Assembly: GCA_965644295.1 (NCBI GenBank)
Contig: CBFFRP010000136.1
Span: 124,001 to 188,000 of the forward strand
Origin: Paraphysomonas bandaiensis
Lineage: Eukaryota > Protista > Chrysophyceae
Length of the DNA: 64,000 nucleotides
Direction of reading: 5' to 3'
The notes under the pieces were generated by a model. That model was not told the DNA's origin, ran no database searches, and saw only the letters and a program-made list of their open reading frames with translations. Of this stretch, positions 49,701 to 63,000 are shown piece after piece (position 1 is the first letter of the stretch; the number at the start of each line of letters is the position of its first letter). A program made the translations under genes and the position numbers.

Positions 49701-50672
49701 TTCTTGCTGCGCTTGAATTAGATTCGATAATGAAGTCGTACAAAAGACGTCTGGAACGAGAACACAAAATGGTGAAACTTCCTATCGTGATCCAGGAGTT
49801 GTACAACGAAACAACGATAAACTTTCTTCCGGATAGCTATCACACAAGGAAGAAAGTTGGTAGAACTTGGGATAGGTTCACTCGTAGGGTCACCACAAGT
49901 CGCCGGGGAATAGCGCTTGACGACGAAGTTCCCCCTTCTACGCCAGGCGCTGAATGCGGAACCCAGGCCCGCTACTACGAGGTCGGTTAGAAGCAAACTC
50001 TGAACTGTGCTAAAACTATTCTGATATCAATTGCATTATTAATGTTGTGTAGCTGGTTCCTGGAGCCAATTCGGCGACGTCTCGAATTGCAGTGAATGAT
50101 GATGACGCAGACATGTATCTCAGAATGCCGGCTCTCTCTCAGGTTGAGAAGTCGAATATTTCTATTGTGTAACTATAATACCCGTTTGTTGCAGGGACGA
50201 GTATTATCACAGAATATTATTGATGGGTTGACGGTGCAGATGCTTTACAACCCTAACATTCTTGAGTTCTGGCAGGTCCTTATGGGTATGGAGAAGCGAG
50301 CACCGGTTGACCTAAACAGCACGGAACATGTGTTGAATTTTCTTCATCAAGGAAGTTTTGACAAACTAGATATCCCAACAGCTTTTTCTGGAACTTTTGA
50401 GGACCTTTTTGATTTGCTTTTATCTTCATATGGAACTGTTGCCCTTGGATTGTACAGGTGAGTCTTGTGATATCAATAATTTCTGTTTTTATACCTTCAA
50501 AAGAAACCCCCCTGAGAAGTCAAGTTACGTTGCAATCTTGCCTCCGGCTAATTCCCCCGTGTATGCTCACGACCAAGTGTTTGTATTACTGACTGGAAAG
50601 TCGGATATGGCAAAGCCACAAGGTATTCAACTTGGGCACTCTGACTCATATGTCCGATTTCAGCTGGAGTGA
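46772..50672 (+). CDS. BK/Slo-family calcium-activated potassium channel alpha subunit, multi-exon
   Basis: 6 TM with S4 LFRLLRLIKVMRLFR, pore STLGFGDFVP, RCK1 (HILIC, GS..SPSDLQRVRA..A.AIFI, PG..SIITNL, W..EY..G), RCK2 and final VALGLYR. Confidence 0.9.
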
Positions 50673-51298
50673 TTATTGTGGAGCGAATTACACCTACATG
50701 TCCAGTGATTAACTGCGTGAAAGTTAGAACTAAAACAAGTTGTATATAAGAGAAGATGAATAGTGTTGGATTAGTAAATTTATTGTTGAGTGTTAGGTAA
50801 GTAACAATTAACAATTATAAGTAATTATAATTGACCCAGTATGGTCTTATATAAGCACGGGTTATATGGAGGCAACATATTGAAAAGAGGGTGAAAAGTC
50901 TCCATCTTAAAGTTTGGACAAGATGCGATACTCCATATCCCTAGGTTAAAAGTGTAGCCTATCCTCATGAATGTATAGCTATTTTTTGTTTATAACTTGT
51001 TTATTTTTGATATCCTACTATTTAACTTATTAGGACTTAGCTTCATACGAGACAGTCTCTGTGAGTTGTAATGTTTAATGAAATATATCATGAACTGAAT
51101 TAGAGAGAGTATTTGTTGAAGATACATGATCATCATCATAACGTCGTCATAATCAGTTACACTTCTAACTATTCCGTTGTGCATAATAGTTATGTTTTAT
51201 AATGTTATTCATAATTCTCACTCCTGTGTTCATCACAACATTGTTTTACTATTACTAAGATCAATTCTTTATTATGCTGTTTGTGTGTTATTTCGAGC

Positions 51299-51411
51299 GC
51301 CAAGGTGCAACCACTTTCGCTCTATCACTCATAGCAAACGCAGTGAGCAAGCAGAATGTTGATATACCTGACATCTGCTGAAGTCAGAATTGTTGAGTTC
51401 TTAAGGTGAAC
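51299..51411 (-). repeat. Dispersed repeat copy E
   Basis: Reverse complement matches about 6874-6960 (GTTCACCTTAAG..CAGGTATATCAA..TGCGTTTGCT..AAAGTGGTTGCACCTTGG). Confidence 0.8.
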
Positions 51412-52668
51412 TAGCTCGAATACTTGACTTTTTGCCAATACCTTGGATGCCCTTGAGGTAGGTCCATTCCCGGGTGCCTGTTTATACGTCAGGGCCCAAA
51501 CAGGTCTACACAAGTTAAACTTGTCTCTTGTATCACGCAAGCATTGCTTAGGCTACGAGTGGGCAGAGAAGTATTTCTTCACTAGATATATTATGCGACT
51601 TACATTATTTTATCGGAGAAATATATCCCCCAGCCAGAGGATAACACGAAAAGGTGCAAGCCCAACTTTTTGTTAAGGGGTTTCGTTGGCATCATCACAT
51701 TTATACACAACACGCTTAATCTCTGCTGCAGTGCAACTCACTCACATACTGTGTGCATGTTATGAGGCACACAATCCTGATATAAGCATGACGTGACCCA
51801 AGCCCTGAAATGGCTGAGTACCGCTGATCCAATCACCTTCAGCATCAGAACTCTCAGTAATATATTTAGAGTATTGTTTCGAAATCCTGGCTAAAAAGAT
51901 AGATCCCTTGCACTGTCATCATTCTGATCTTGTACATCAAAAGAAGGATATTATAGAACTTGACTTGGAGTGATAGATGATGATCTACTTTTGAATGTTG
52001 ATTCATCATATTGTGGCTTCCCTAAAATTGTGCAATTCAAAGATGCTACTTTCAATATCATAATCTGATAATATCACAATTAAGATGTTTGATGTCATAT
52101 TTTCCCGGAGCTAATATGAGAGCTCTGTTCGTTAAGCCCTGCAGTGCGATGTGCAATTGAAAAGAATTAATAGTGTGCAATAGGTAAGTCATCTCATAGG
52201 TGTATTGTTGGGTGAATATAGTCACAAAGGAAGTAAATTTATTTACTGAAAAGTGACTATACAAGATATAGAGTGACTTGTGTACATATGTCAAACAGAT
52301 AATTCTGAGAACAGATGTTACATAAATATGTTGTAAAGCGTTGAGATTAATAATTATTATTCTTTATTGAAAGTACGTTGTGTACAGCAGGGAGAGGTTA
52401 AAGTTAACGTGTAGAGCAAGGTTAACTTCAGTGTAATGTGCAATTCTAACACTGTTACGCCCAACTCAGGTCAAAAAACAGTTTTTTGATGTGGGGATAA
52501 GCCATACTGAAAAATACATATTTCAATGGCGACTTTAGTGTCCAAAGGTGAATATCAGTAATTACTTTATGATAGACCTCAAGTAAGTATTTTCACCAGT
52601 AGAATTGCATAATCCATGTATATGTACAACAAAATTCCTGTATACAACAAAAAGATGATAAAGAAAAC

Positions 52669-55600
52669 TCAAGGCGTAATCTGATCAACGCCGAAGAGCA
52701 TTCTTCTCCTTTCTTCAGCTGAATTGTTTCTAGCGTACATAACTCTGTTTAGCTTAATGAGGGCCGTGACAAAGTCTTGTGATGAAAAAATTGTACCAGA
52801 ATTATCACCATTGTCAGATATCTCGACTAAGGCCACAGAGCATGCGGATAATTTGCCCAGAATCCACTCGGGACAAGAAGTTGATGCCTCTTCAAAATCT
52901 TGAAGCCATTTACCAACTTCAAAACTATTATCAGTAACTAACGCCTGCTTCTGTCCACTAGGTGCCGATGATGACTTAATTTCACCGAATGCAGTGAAGT
53001 CTGCTTCAAGCATCCTCTTCACATAGTTGAACACTGCAGCAGTATAAATTTCCTGTGATTCCACTATCTCATGGACAAGTGTAGAGTGAGCCGCGCGAAG
53101 AACAGCACCAGGTGTGTCATACGGGCGTGTACGACAAAAAAACCACGCTGTTCCGTAGTTGGGGTCTGCGTTAACGCACCTGTGGGAAGTACATCGTAAG
53201 TACATGTACATCAGCATATATTATTTACCTTCGGAGAAGTCTGTCCAAAGTGACATGCTTGTACGCCTCCGTGCAGTGCCCAACATCAAGGCGCATCGAT
53301 CCTGCCAAGCGCATGTTTTCGCGCCTCTTTTCCCGCCCAACTACATATTCTGAATCGTGCCAAAGCTCATCGCTACCGTAGAATGCTATGTCTCTCAGCT
53401 CCTGTAGTCCTAACTCTCCTCGCTCGAATATACCAGAGTTATCAGATTCCTTGTCGTATCGCTCAAGGAGGCACATGAACCGCGACCACGGCACACCCAG
53501 GAGTGTTAATACCCGAGGAAGTAATACCTGAACCAGCATTTCGAGGCGCACATACTCTATGAAAGAGTCACCGTATTGCGGGGTGAACTGGATTGCAAAT
53601 GACAGGTATTTTTGCGCCATACCAAGATCGAATGACGAAGCAGATAAAGGATTCAAAAGTGTTCTTGCTCCCTCGCACCAGACCTCTCCACTTTTAGGTA
53701 CTACCTGTAGGGCTCGAGAAAGAATTGTGTACTTCGAAGGCACCTCATACTCAGGTGGTGGAATCACGTCGCTGTACTCAGCTCGGTCCAGGCCAGAAAA
53801 CAAGCGTTCTTCACTTGCTTGTGTGTGTGTCATTCGTCCGCGACACTCAATTCGGTGAGCAAGTTGCACCAAGAGAGCCCAGAGACGACCCGATCCAGAG
53901 TCAAGAGACAGTGCCTTGTCCGCCAGATACACTGCTCCAGCTACATTACCTGCCCTCGCCTCCACCAGTACCGTCTCTAGGAAGAGTTTCCACTCATTTT
54001 TAATCTCCCTTCTGGCTTTCAGAAGAATCTTGCGTGCACTATTTATGTTTCCCTGAAACTCCTCTAGTCTTGAACACTCGAGGAATACGTGGTACTTAGA
54101 CTTTTCTGGTACCTCCGAACGTGCCTGTCGTAGAAGCGCCTTGGCTGTCATCGTCTGACCCGCACTCAGCTCCATGCGCGCACCAGCAAGGTATACTTTC
54201 CACCGCAGATTAGGAGGACAGGTCATCAGACTATGTGTGAAGCATCGGCGTGCACTGTCTCCCAGCTCGTGTCTGCATTGCATTAGGGGTTTTCCTGTGC
54301 TTATATGTCGACCCAAGGCTACTATCTCCGCAGCTCTCTCCTCAGTTTGCGCCTGCTCAAAGTGAATCTTCCATACTAGTTCCTTGCTGATGCTGCATAT
54401 TGCCTTTTCGCACTCGGTGCGTGTATGAATGAGTCGCGGCGCAGCGTCCCCACTCGTCCATCGACTCGCTTCCTCGAGCATGTCACGGCGTTCCATCAGA
54501 CGCAACATTCCAAACCAGAGAGGGCCATACCGAGGCAGTTCAGATAGACCTCTCTGAACTACTACAAGTGCCCGGTCAAAGAGATCCGACTTCTCCTCCA
54601 AACGAAAGGCCTCATGGTATATCGGTCCGTACCAGGATATTTTGTTCATGAGGGCTGCAAGAAGTTTCCGCGCTACAGCAATATTGCCAGCTCGCGACTC
54701 CAATAGCGCCCCTTCAAGCACTGTGCGCCATATGTCATCTATGGACCCATCTTGCAGCCGCCCCAGCATTTCCCTGGCCCCACCGATATTGTTGAGTCGC
54801 TCATGCTGCTTGATTGCCTTCGTCAAAAGAACATCGTTATATTTATTGATTCGGGCACCCCTTCGTAGGATCTTGAGAGACTCCTCCAGGTGTCCACACT
54901 CCTCCTCCATCTTGGACCACTCAAGCCACCCCTGGTTAATAGTGGGATACTCCTTACACACCTTTGCATATAGATATTTCGCCTAACAACATTCAACGGA
55001 AAACACGTTAGAAACTACATGAAAAAACACGTCAGTACTCACATCGTCATATCGGCTGTTTCGTTTCAACGTATCGGCAACATCGATAAACACACGCCAT
55101 TTTACTTTTTCGGGAATCTTAGGAATTTCAGACTTCGCATATGCAACGGCCTCCACCACAGACTCGCCCTCCTTGCTCTTGAATTCTTTCACGAAGTTTT
55201 TGTATATGGACTTGCTGACAGGAGACTCCACCTGCTCCTGTCGGTTCTTCGGAGATTTAGACCGCCTGTCAGACCCAGTTGCACACCCAACGACGTCACG
55301 TTGCTGGCGGTTGGGCGGATGTTGCACGTAGGAAGGGTGTGGATGCTGCTGGGTGGTGAGGTGGGGTTTGTCCTGGGACTGCAAATTCAGGGGCTTCGTT
55401 TCAGCTCCATAACCACCTTTCTGTTGACGAGGAACATGGCGATGTAACTGGCTGTTCACCCAAGCACCAGGCTGCTGGCGGTAGATGGGTTCGTATCCTG
55501 GCGGAGGGTCGGTCATGTGACCATGCTTGCCGTTGGTAGTATGACTCGGTGGCTGCGAAGAGTATCCCGTTTGGTGAGGTTGTTGAATCGGCTGGCGAGG

Positions 55601-56449
55601 GGGTGAAGGTTCCGGATGGAATGTAGGCTGCTGCTGAAAGTGTTGCGGATAAAAAGGCTGGCTGTAAATATTTTTGCCTGGGGAAAATTCTAGGCCAAGA
55701 CTAGGGGGGGGGGCTGCCTCAATGCTGCCATACCCCCGACCCTGCCCCACTTCTTCAATATGAAATCGATTTCCATCTTCATCATCTAGATAATGCTTCC
55801 GGTGACCAGAATATTTGGAGTGGTCATATACTTCCTGCTGCTCCTCGATATGAAGATTCTTAGTTGCTTTTGATGATGAGCGAGGTATGGACTGGTTGTA
55901 GCTGCTATCGCGGTAGGGCCAAAACGGTTCCTGTTCAGAAAAAATATCTTTCCCACTGAACCCTCCTGTAGGGTACAGCTCGTCACGCTCATTAGAAAAA
56001 GTCCCCTGCGAGTGGGGATTTTGAATACTTTCCACCAGATCATGGAGAGAATAATTCTCTCCAAATGAGGACTTTCGCTCCACACGAGGGGACAAATTAC
56101 CGAAAGACAAGAGTGCTTGTTGTCTATCAGCCGGACTTTCCCTCCTATCCAGGTGTATTGAATGCTCAAAAGCACCAGCTAGATTTCCAGTAATATCTGA
56201 CAAGCCAGGTCGTTCACCAGCACCAGGGGTCTTTCTTATGGGCCCTTCCTGAGGAAAATATACAGGCCCAGGAGTGAGGGTTGCTTTTCTTGATTCCATG
56301 AAACCAATAGATGAAAACAAGTACCCTTGCTCTCCATAGTTATGATTATCTTCAAGAGATTCAATTATTTCTTTCTCAGGAGTATCTTGTAAGGGCTCTT
56401 CGGCTAATGAAACTAGTTTTACAGGCGATCTTTCAGATGCCGATTTCAT
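52669..56449 (-). CDS. HAT (half-a-TPR) repeat protein, PRP6-like C-terminus, with a long Q/P/H-rich disordered N-terminus; 3 exons
   Basis: Repeats such as WLEWSKMEEECG, WKVYLAGARMELSAG, VPKSGEVWCEGAR, PQYGDSFIE and CVNADPNYGTAWF; introns at about 55042-54985 and 53228-53180. Confidence 0.8.
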
Positions 56450-57092
56450 TATTAAATATATTAACTCCACCGACTAGCGCCGTTACTATCTTCTCGATAA
56501 TACACTATCATATCAGTATAAAAGCTTCTAGTGGGTGAATATAAGGATATTATAAAGGTTCTCACTCTCTATTATAGTGATCTATGAACCCCCAGCAGTT
56601 GAGAGGAAAATATGAGGCTCATTCTCCAATCACTCGCCTCGGTCTTGACGTACTGTACGTGTCTCTGTATATGGATCTATGTATGTATATGGGGGTAGGA
56701 AGACATGACAGTTAGAACTAAAAAGAAAATCAGTTCAAATTTAGTTCAAAAGGAAATATATCTTTAATAGATATTCTAAATTTTCAGTTTATTGATTTGT
56801 GTGTACTTTGGAGCTGTATTTCGAAATTTAAATGGTATGGTATGGTATGGTAGGTATATATGTATGTACAGCAGACAACTGTGTGGATGATATCTATAGA
56901 GATATACGTAGAGGTGATGTGAAGAGTGAAGTGCAGTGTGTTAAAGTTGTTCGGATATACCCCACACTGAACACTATTAACTCATAGCTATATAAGATCC
57001 CTCCACACATAGTCATCTTCATATTACAGTATGGAAATCGTGTATATTTCTTGACGAATACATTGTTTTTAGTTAGCTATTTTCTATTCTAA

Positions 57093-60000
57093 ATGGCGAG
57101 CAACAATCTCGAGCATGAGGCATTGTTTCTCATATATGAATTCATGAAGCACTGTATGCCGTCTTTAGAGGCAAGAACTGTGCTTGAATCCGAGTTGGTA
57201 TGACTTGTAGTGACTGGTATTGTTCTCTTATGGCTTACATATGTACAGGATCGTAACGGTATGCTTGGCCATATCTATTCTTGGGACGGATCGAAGAGAC
57301 AAGCCTCAATACAGGATCTTGAGAGGAAATACCACAATATATCTCCAGATATGCTTATTAAAATGCTCAAAAGTTCTACTGGGAACCCTGATGAACGAGT
57401 TACATCTGTTTTGAACTACCCCATGCCTATGCGATCTGACAGAGTAAACATGGATGAAGTCCGCTCTGTCTTGACGCGACTAGCGGACCTGTCTATAGAG
57501 GAGTCCCGCAACAGACAGGAACATAAGCGATGTGAGACTACATTACGTCAGCTGGAACAAAGTGTGACGGCACTCTCCGACGGGGCAGGGCCGCCTATAA
57601 CCGGAAATCTCGATGTCGATGTCCACAAAGAGATGGAGGATGACTGCAGTGCGCCGAACACTTCCGACACAGCTGTTGTTGCAGAACTAAAGCTTGCTGG
57701 GCTGAAGAAGCAACTCCGCCGACAAGAGGCGCGTCTCTCTGAGTGTGGGTCTTCTGCTACTAGTATGGCGAAAGAGCGTCAGTCACTTGTCACGTCCCTT
57801 GCAGAGAAGCATCCAGGTAGTCTAGTCAGTGGAATACACACGGGTGTTATCAGTTCTGGTGTGGAGTGGGTGCTAGCAAGACAATTAGGCCAGACTCGAT
57901 ACGGTGTGAGATCTGGCGGGATAAATGTTCCTCGCTTGTCGACTCATACAGACGAGCCAGTATGCTCTCCCGTCCGACATGCAACGGTTGGTGACATGGT
58001 TGTACACCGATACAACCTTTTGTGGGCAACCAGCGGACATCTGCTACACCCCGCCTACTGTTGTGTCATGGACCGTTCAGGTAGATACGTTGTGACGGGA
58101 GCGGATGACTACTTGGTGAAAGTGTGGGACCTGGAAACGGGGCAACTAGTGAGGACCTGTCGTGGACATCCGGGGCATATCTCCTTCGTGGCTATATCAC
58201 CCGACAACTCCCTTATGGCAAGCGCTTGCACAATGGGGTCCGTGCGCCTCTGGCGGTTTTCAGACGGGCGGTGCTTGCATATCATGAAGCATAATTGTGT
58301 CGTCAATTGGATGCAGTTCGACCCGTGTACTAGCGCTCTTCTTTCTGCTGGTGATAATGGTAATTGCATCGTCCTTGACCTCAGCCTTGTGTTGGGGTCG
58401 CATGGAGATGACGGTGACAGCGGTATTGAAGTCGACGACATTGCGTTATCTCCCTTAAGAGAATTCCCGCTTCTGGACTGCGCCGTTGAACACGCCCTGT
58501 CCACCGACATTGCGAAAACTGAAAGGGCGAAATTTAAGGGTCTTATGAGTTGGAATCGAGACTCAAGCGACTTGGAACCCACCTCATCCCTTTGTCTACC
58601 ACATATAAAGGACGGACTCTCTGGAAAGTCTATCCGAGTGAGTAGCTTAGATGTGTGTTGTGTAGGTGGGTTAGTGGTGACGGGCTCTGAGGATGGCGTG
58701 GCAAGACTATGGCGGTTCAATGATCCACCGACGACAGCTGACTCAGGAACAGGAGAAAAGGAATTAAGGCGACCTGAGGAATTAGAAAAATTACGGGGTG
58801 CATTATCGGAGCATGACTATCAAAAGGTGCTCCTAGTTGGCCGCCACTTAGTATGCAGGCTAGAAGGACATATGGATGCGGTAACTGATGTTCGTTTCAG
58901 TAACTCTGGGGACAGGATATGTACCGGAAGCCTCAAGGACGGAACAGTCAGACTCTGGTCCTTTTCGAAAAGTTTCACCAAGTGCGAGCACATTATTCTT
59001 AGCATGAACGATGACGCAGATTCCCTCAGCCCACTGGATGCATTTGCGCAGAATGGAAGACGGCCAGGTCGTTCCGCCCGTGTTTCCTCCAAACCCGAAG
59101 TCTACAACGTGTGCTGGACATGTAACGATCAGAACGTGGTAGTTGTGCACAGCTGCGCCGCCCCACCTCAGCGCTCATCGACTTATGGGAAGTTGGCAGC
59201 GACTCGCTGCAAGGTGTACGACTCAATGAACGGACAATTGCTACATTCATTCCACGTAAGCAATGAACGCTGCCACGTCCTGGCTACACATCCCCTGTGT
59301 CCATATATTGCATTTACTGGAGGAAATGATGGGTATTTAAAGATTTGGAATATTCAAACTGGTGCTATTATTGATCAACATCGCGTTGGTTGTCCACCTG
59401 ATGTAGAAGATCTGCAGCCTGACTCCTCCATAGAAATTGTGGATGCCTCCTTTTCAAAAGATGGAACGCGCGTCGCTGTCACGGACTTTATCGGGAGAGT
59501 AATTGTGATTGGTCGGGATGATCCTGCTCGATACACTGAAAGAGGAGTCTATCCAGAGCAATACTTCTCCACGGACTATGCGGAGGTTTTTCACGACGAG
59601 AATGGGTGGCCAATCGATGGGGGCACGCAACTGCCATTACATGAAGCTCCAGTCGGTCCCCTGGTGAGTCTAAACGGCTCACCGTATCCACAGCAGCCAA
59701 GGTATTTGTCGATGCCCCGCCCATTGACTAAGGAAGAGGTTAAGGCGGAGCTAGAAAAAATATTTGACTGGGCCAGATCTTACAGTAAGGCCCGGCAGAG
59801 AATTTTCTTTGCGATGAAACGACTAAAGCATGGCACTAACGCCACGGATGGATCGGGAAGAGTGGGAAGACAGTCCAATCGACCAAATGTTTGGGGCTCT
59901 GCACTTAGTCGTGACAGGAGTGGGCATAACAGCAGGGTGCATACAATCTCTGATCTCCCTCGAACCTCAGAGAGAGAATTGTTTGAACACAAAAATGATA

Positions 60001-63000
60001 TCATTTATCTCAGTGATGAGCAGGACGACACCTACGGAGATATTTTCTCTGACTCCGACGACAGCAGAGACTACGAGCAACGTGGTAGAGACCGTCAACG
60101 GACTGCTCGTTATGGTCTTCGATCAACGGATGACTCCATGAGGAGCGGTCGTCGTTTGGGTGGTAGACGCCGCCGTAACCGTCAACGGCTGGAGGAGGCT
60201 GTTGGTGAGAACGCATCTCACGAGCGTGCGCAGAGAGCGGCGCGCCGACGAGCCACCCGTTTGATTACAGAGGATAGCGAGGATATTAGTAGTGACAATA
60301 GCGAAGAAAGCGGAGAGAGTGATGGAGGGGCGATGTCTCTCAGTGAAGATTCGGACAATGGGACAGAAAATGCAGAGGAGAGGAGTAGTCGGACGGAGGG
60401 ACAACAAAAGAAGGAAGAACGAAAAGGTGGGCGTAGAGGACAGAGAAAGGAGTACACCAAACAGTCCAATGCAATCGTACCATGGTCAGGCCATGGAAAA
60501 CACAGAACGGTGGCCCTGGGAACTCGCATAGATAGAGACTGGCTTCTTCAGGACACACCCTCTGACCTGCAATATAGTCCTCAGATCGGGGACCGCGTGT
60601 TGTATCTTCCACAGGGACATCTTGAGCACCTTAATCGTTTTCCGGAGACTCGCCGTCCGCCTTGGATGCTCTTTCCACACAAATGGCCTGTGGTAGAGTG
60701 CCTTGTAACCGGACTGACATATCAATTTCCCTCCCAACCTGAGCACCGCAAGTCTCAGTCCGTTGTTGTACGTGTTTCCCTCAAGCTAATTGGAAGACCA
60801 GTGCACTGGGGTCGTGAGGGTGAAGGGCATATATTTACACATTTTTCTCCTCCTAGTGTGTCTCGACATGATTCATTCTCAGAAATTTCTTTTGAGGTTA
60901 CCCTTCGACATTCAGAGGCGCCAGACTTTCTGGTTCCATGGCACGTGTATATACGCTCAAGTATGATATCCTGGGCTCCTGGCTCTCGTTTCATCACTTA
61001 CTTCGAGGAACCTGGCGAGGATGAATTTGGCCTAGTATTCAAGGACTATCCTGGAGTAGTCGAGGGCGTTTCGGACAGTGAAAGGTTTGAGTGGCCACAG
61101 TCACCTTGGGAAGCCTTGCAGATCCATTGGGGACTTAGAGAGGCGTCGGTGTCGGAGGAGCAGCTGGAACGTGTCAGTCCGTGGGACGCTTTTCCTATAG
61201 TCCCCAACGACCTCTGGACTAGTGTCACTGCGCCGTCATTGCCCGAAGAACTTATCACTACGCTTGTAGCTGATATCGAGGCCGCCATGACGGAAGAGGA
61301 TTTCCATGCATTTTGTTTTCCAGTGGACGAGCGTGTGTTTGCAGATTATTACTGTTTCGTGCCTGTGCCCATGTATCTAGATTTGATTAAGCGACGCTTG
61401 GTCAATAAGTACTATCGACAGGTAATACACACCGGTGATGTAGTATGACAATCTCTGATAATGTATATCAGGTTGACTCACTTCTCTTTGATATTTCATT
61501 GGTGCTAAGCAATTGTGAGGAGTACAACGCTGATGGTACTCCCATAATTGCTGATGCTATGAGACTTGTCGAGAGACTCAAGGCCGTTTTATCACCGTGG
61601 GTTGACTCCAGTGGTATTGACTTAATGATACTTGCTAATGCGACTAAGGTTTGTTTCAGGAAACAAGGTGAACGAAAGTGCTAATTCATATTCCAAGGAG
61701 TCCTATGTCGAGAACATGGCAGGTGAGGCAAGCTCAGACACAGAGATGGCCTCTGCTGATCCGGAGCTTGTTCTTCGTGTATCGCGGCAAAATTTGACTG
61801 TAGACGGGACATCGAGTGAGGACACTGGCACTTTGCGACGCTCCTCTAGGCGTGGTGAGTCTGCCCGACAGGAGGGAGATGGCACAGGGTCCGGCCCGTC
61901 ATCTCAGTCAAGGAGTGATCTAATGATACGCTTTAATGCCTCAAGTAGAATGCTCTCTCCAGCCCAGTCAGCAGCTGTAAATTCACAGCGCGACGAGCAA
62001 AATCGGGAAGATGATGATGCTACACTAACTATTCGTGTGCGACCAGGAAGCGTGCGCGGTGCAGCAAGTATAAGTTCTGACGCAGATGATATTAATACCA
62101 TTGAAGCCAGCAATGAACGCCCCCAAAGAAAGCGGCGCCGCGTCAGATATATGGGTGATGAATCAGAGGATACCGGAGACCATAATGGAAATATCAGTAA
62201 TGGGGAGAATAAAGAATCTAGCGATTCCGAGCAGAATATTAACGAAGAGAAGATGCGTACGAGGCGTGCCACACGAAGTAGTCGTTCTGGCCTCCGGAGC
62301 AACGTACAGTCGTCGCATGAAGAATCCAGCGACTCCGAGGAGGACGTTAACGAAGAGAAGATGCGTACGAGGCGCGCCACACGAAGTAGTCGTTCTGGCC
62401 TCCGGAGCAACGTACAGTCGTCGCATGAAGAATCCAGCGACTCCGAGGAGGATGCTATCGAAGAAAATGTGCGTACGAAGCGCACCACACGAAGTAGTCG
62501 TTCTGGCCTCCGGAGCAACTTACAGTCGTCACATGAAGAATCAAGCGACTCCGAGGAGGATGCTATCGAAGAAAATGTGCGTACGAAGCGCACCACACGA
62601 AGTAGTCGTTCTGGCCTCCGGAGCAACTTACAGTCGTCACATGAAGAATCAAGCGACTCCGAGGAGGATGTTAACGAAGAAAATGTGCTTCCGAGGCGCA
62701 CCGCTCGAAGTAGTCGTTCTGGCCTCCGAAGCAACGTACGGTCACGGCATGAAAAAGAGTCTGAGCCGAGCGAGCGGGTTACACGAGGCAGAATTACCGA
62801 GCGACACAAACAATCTACCACGACGTCCGGAACCGAGCCTACCCGATCCAACAACCGACCTTCTAGGCGGGATGGTGCCCGTGTATCGGATACACTGAAA
62901 GAAAAGATGACCATCATCTTGGACGGCGCATGCGAGAATGACAGTGGCAACATATTCGCTGAACCTGTGGACGAGCGGGATGCCCCAGGGTACCTCTCTA

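Noticed and set aside
62211-62750. CRISPR-like array
   Set aside because: The units are contiguous in-frame tandem repeats with no unique spacers, in a eukaryotic gene with no cas genes nearby.
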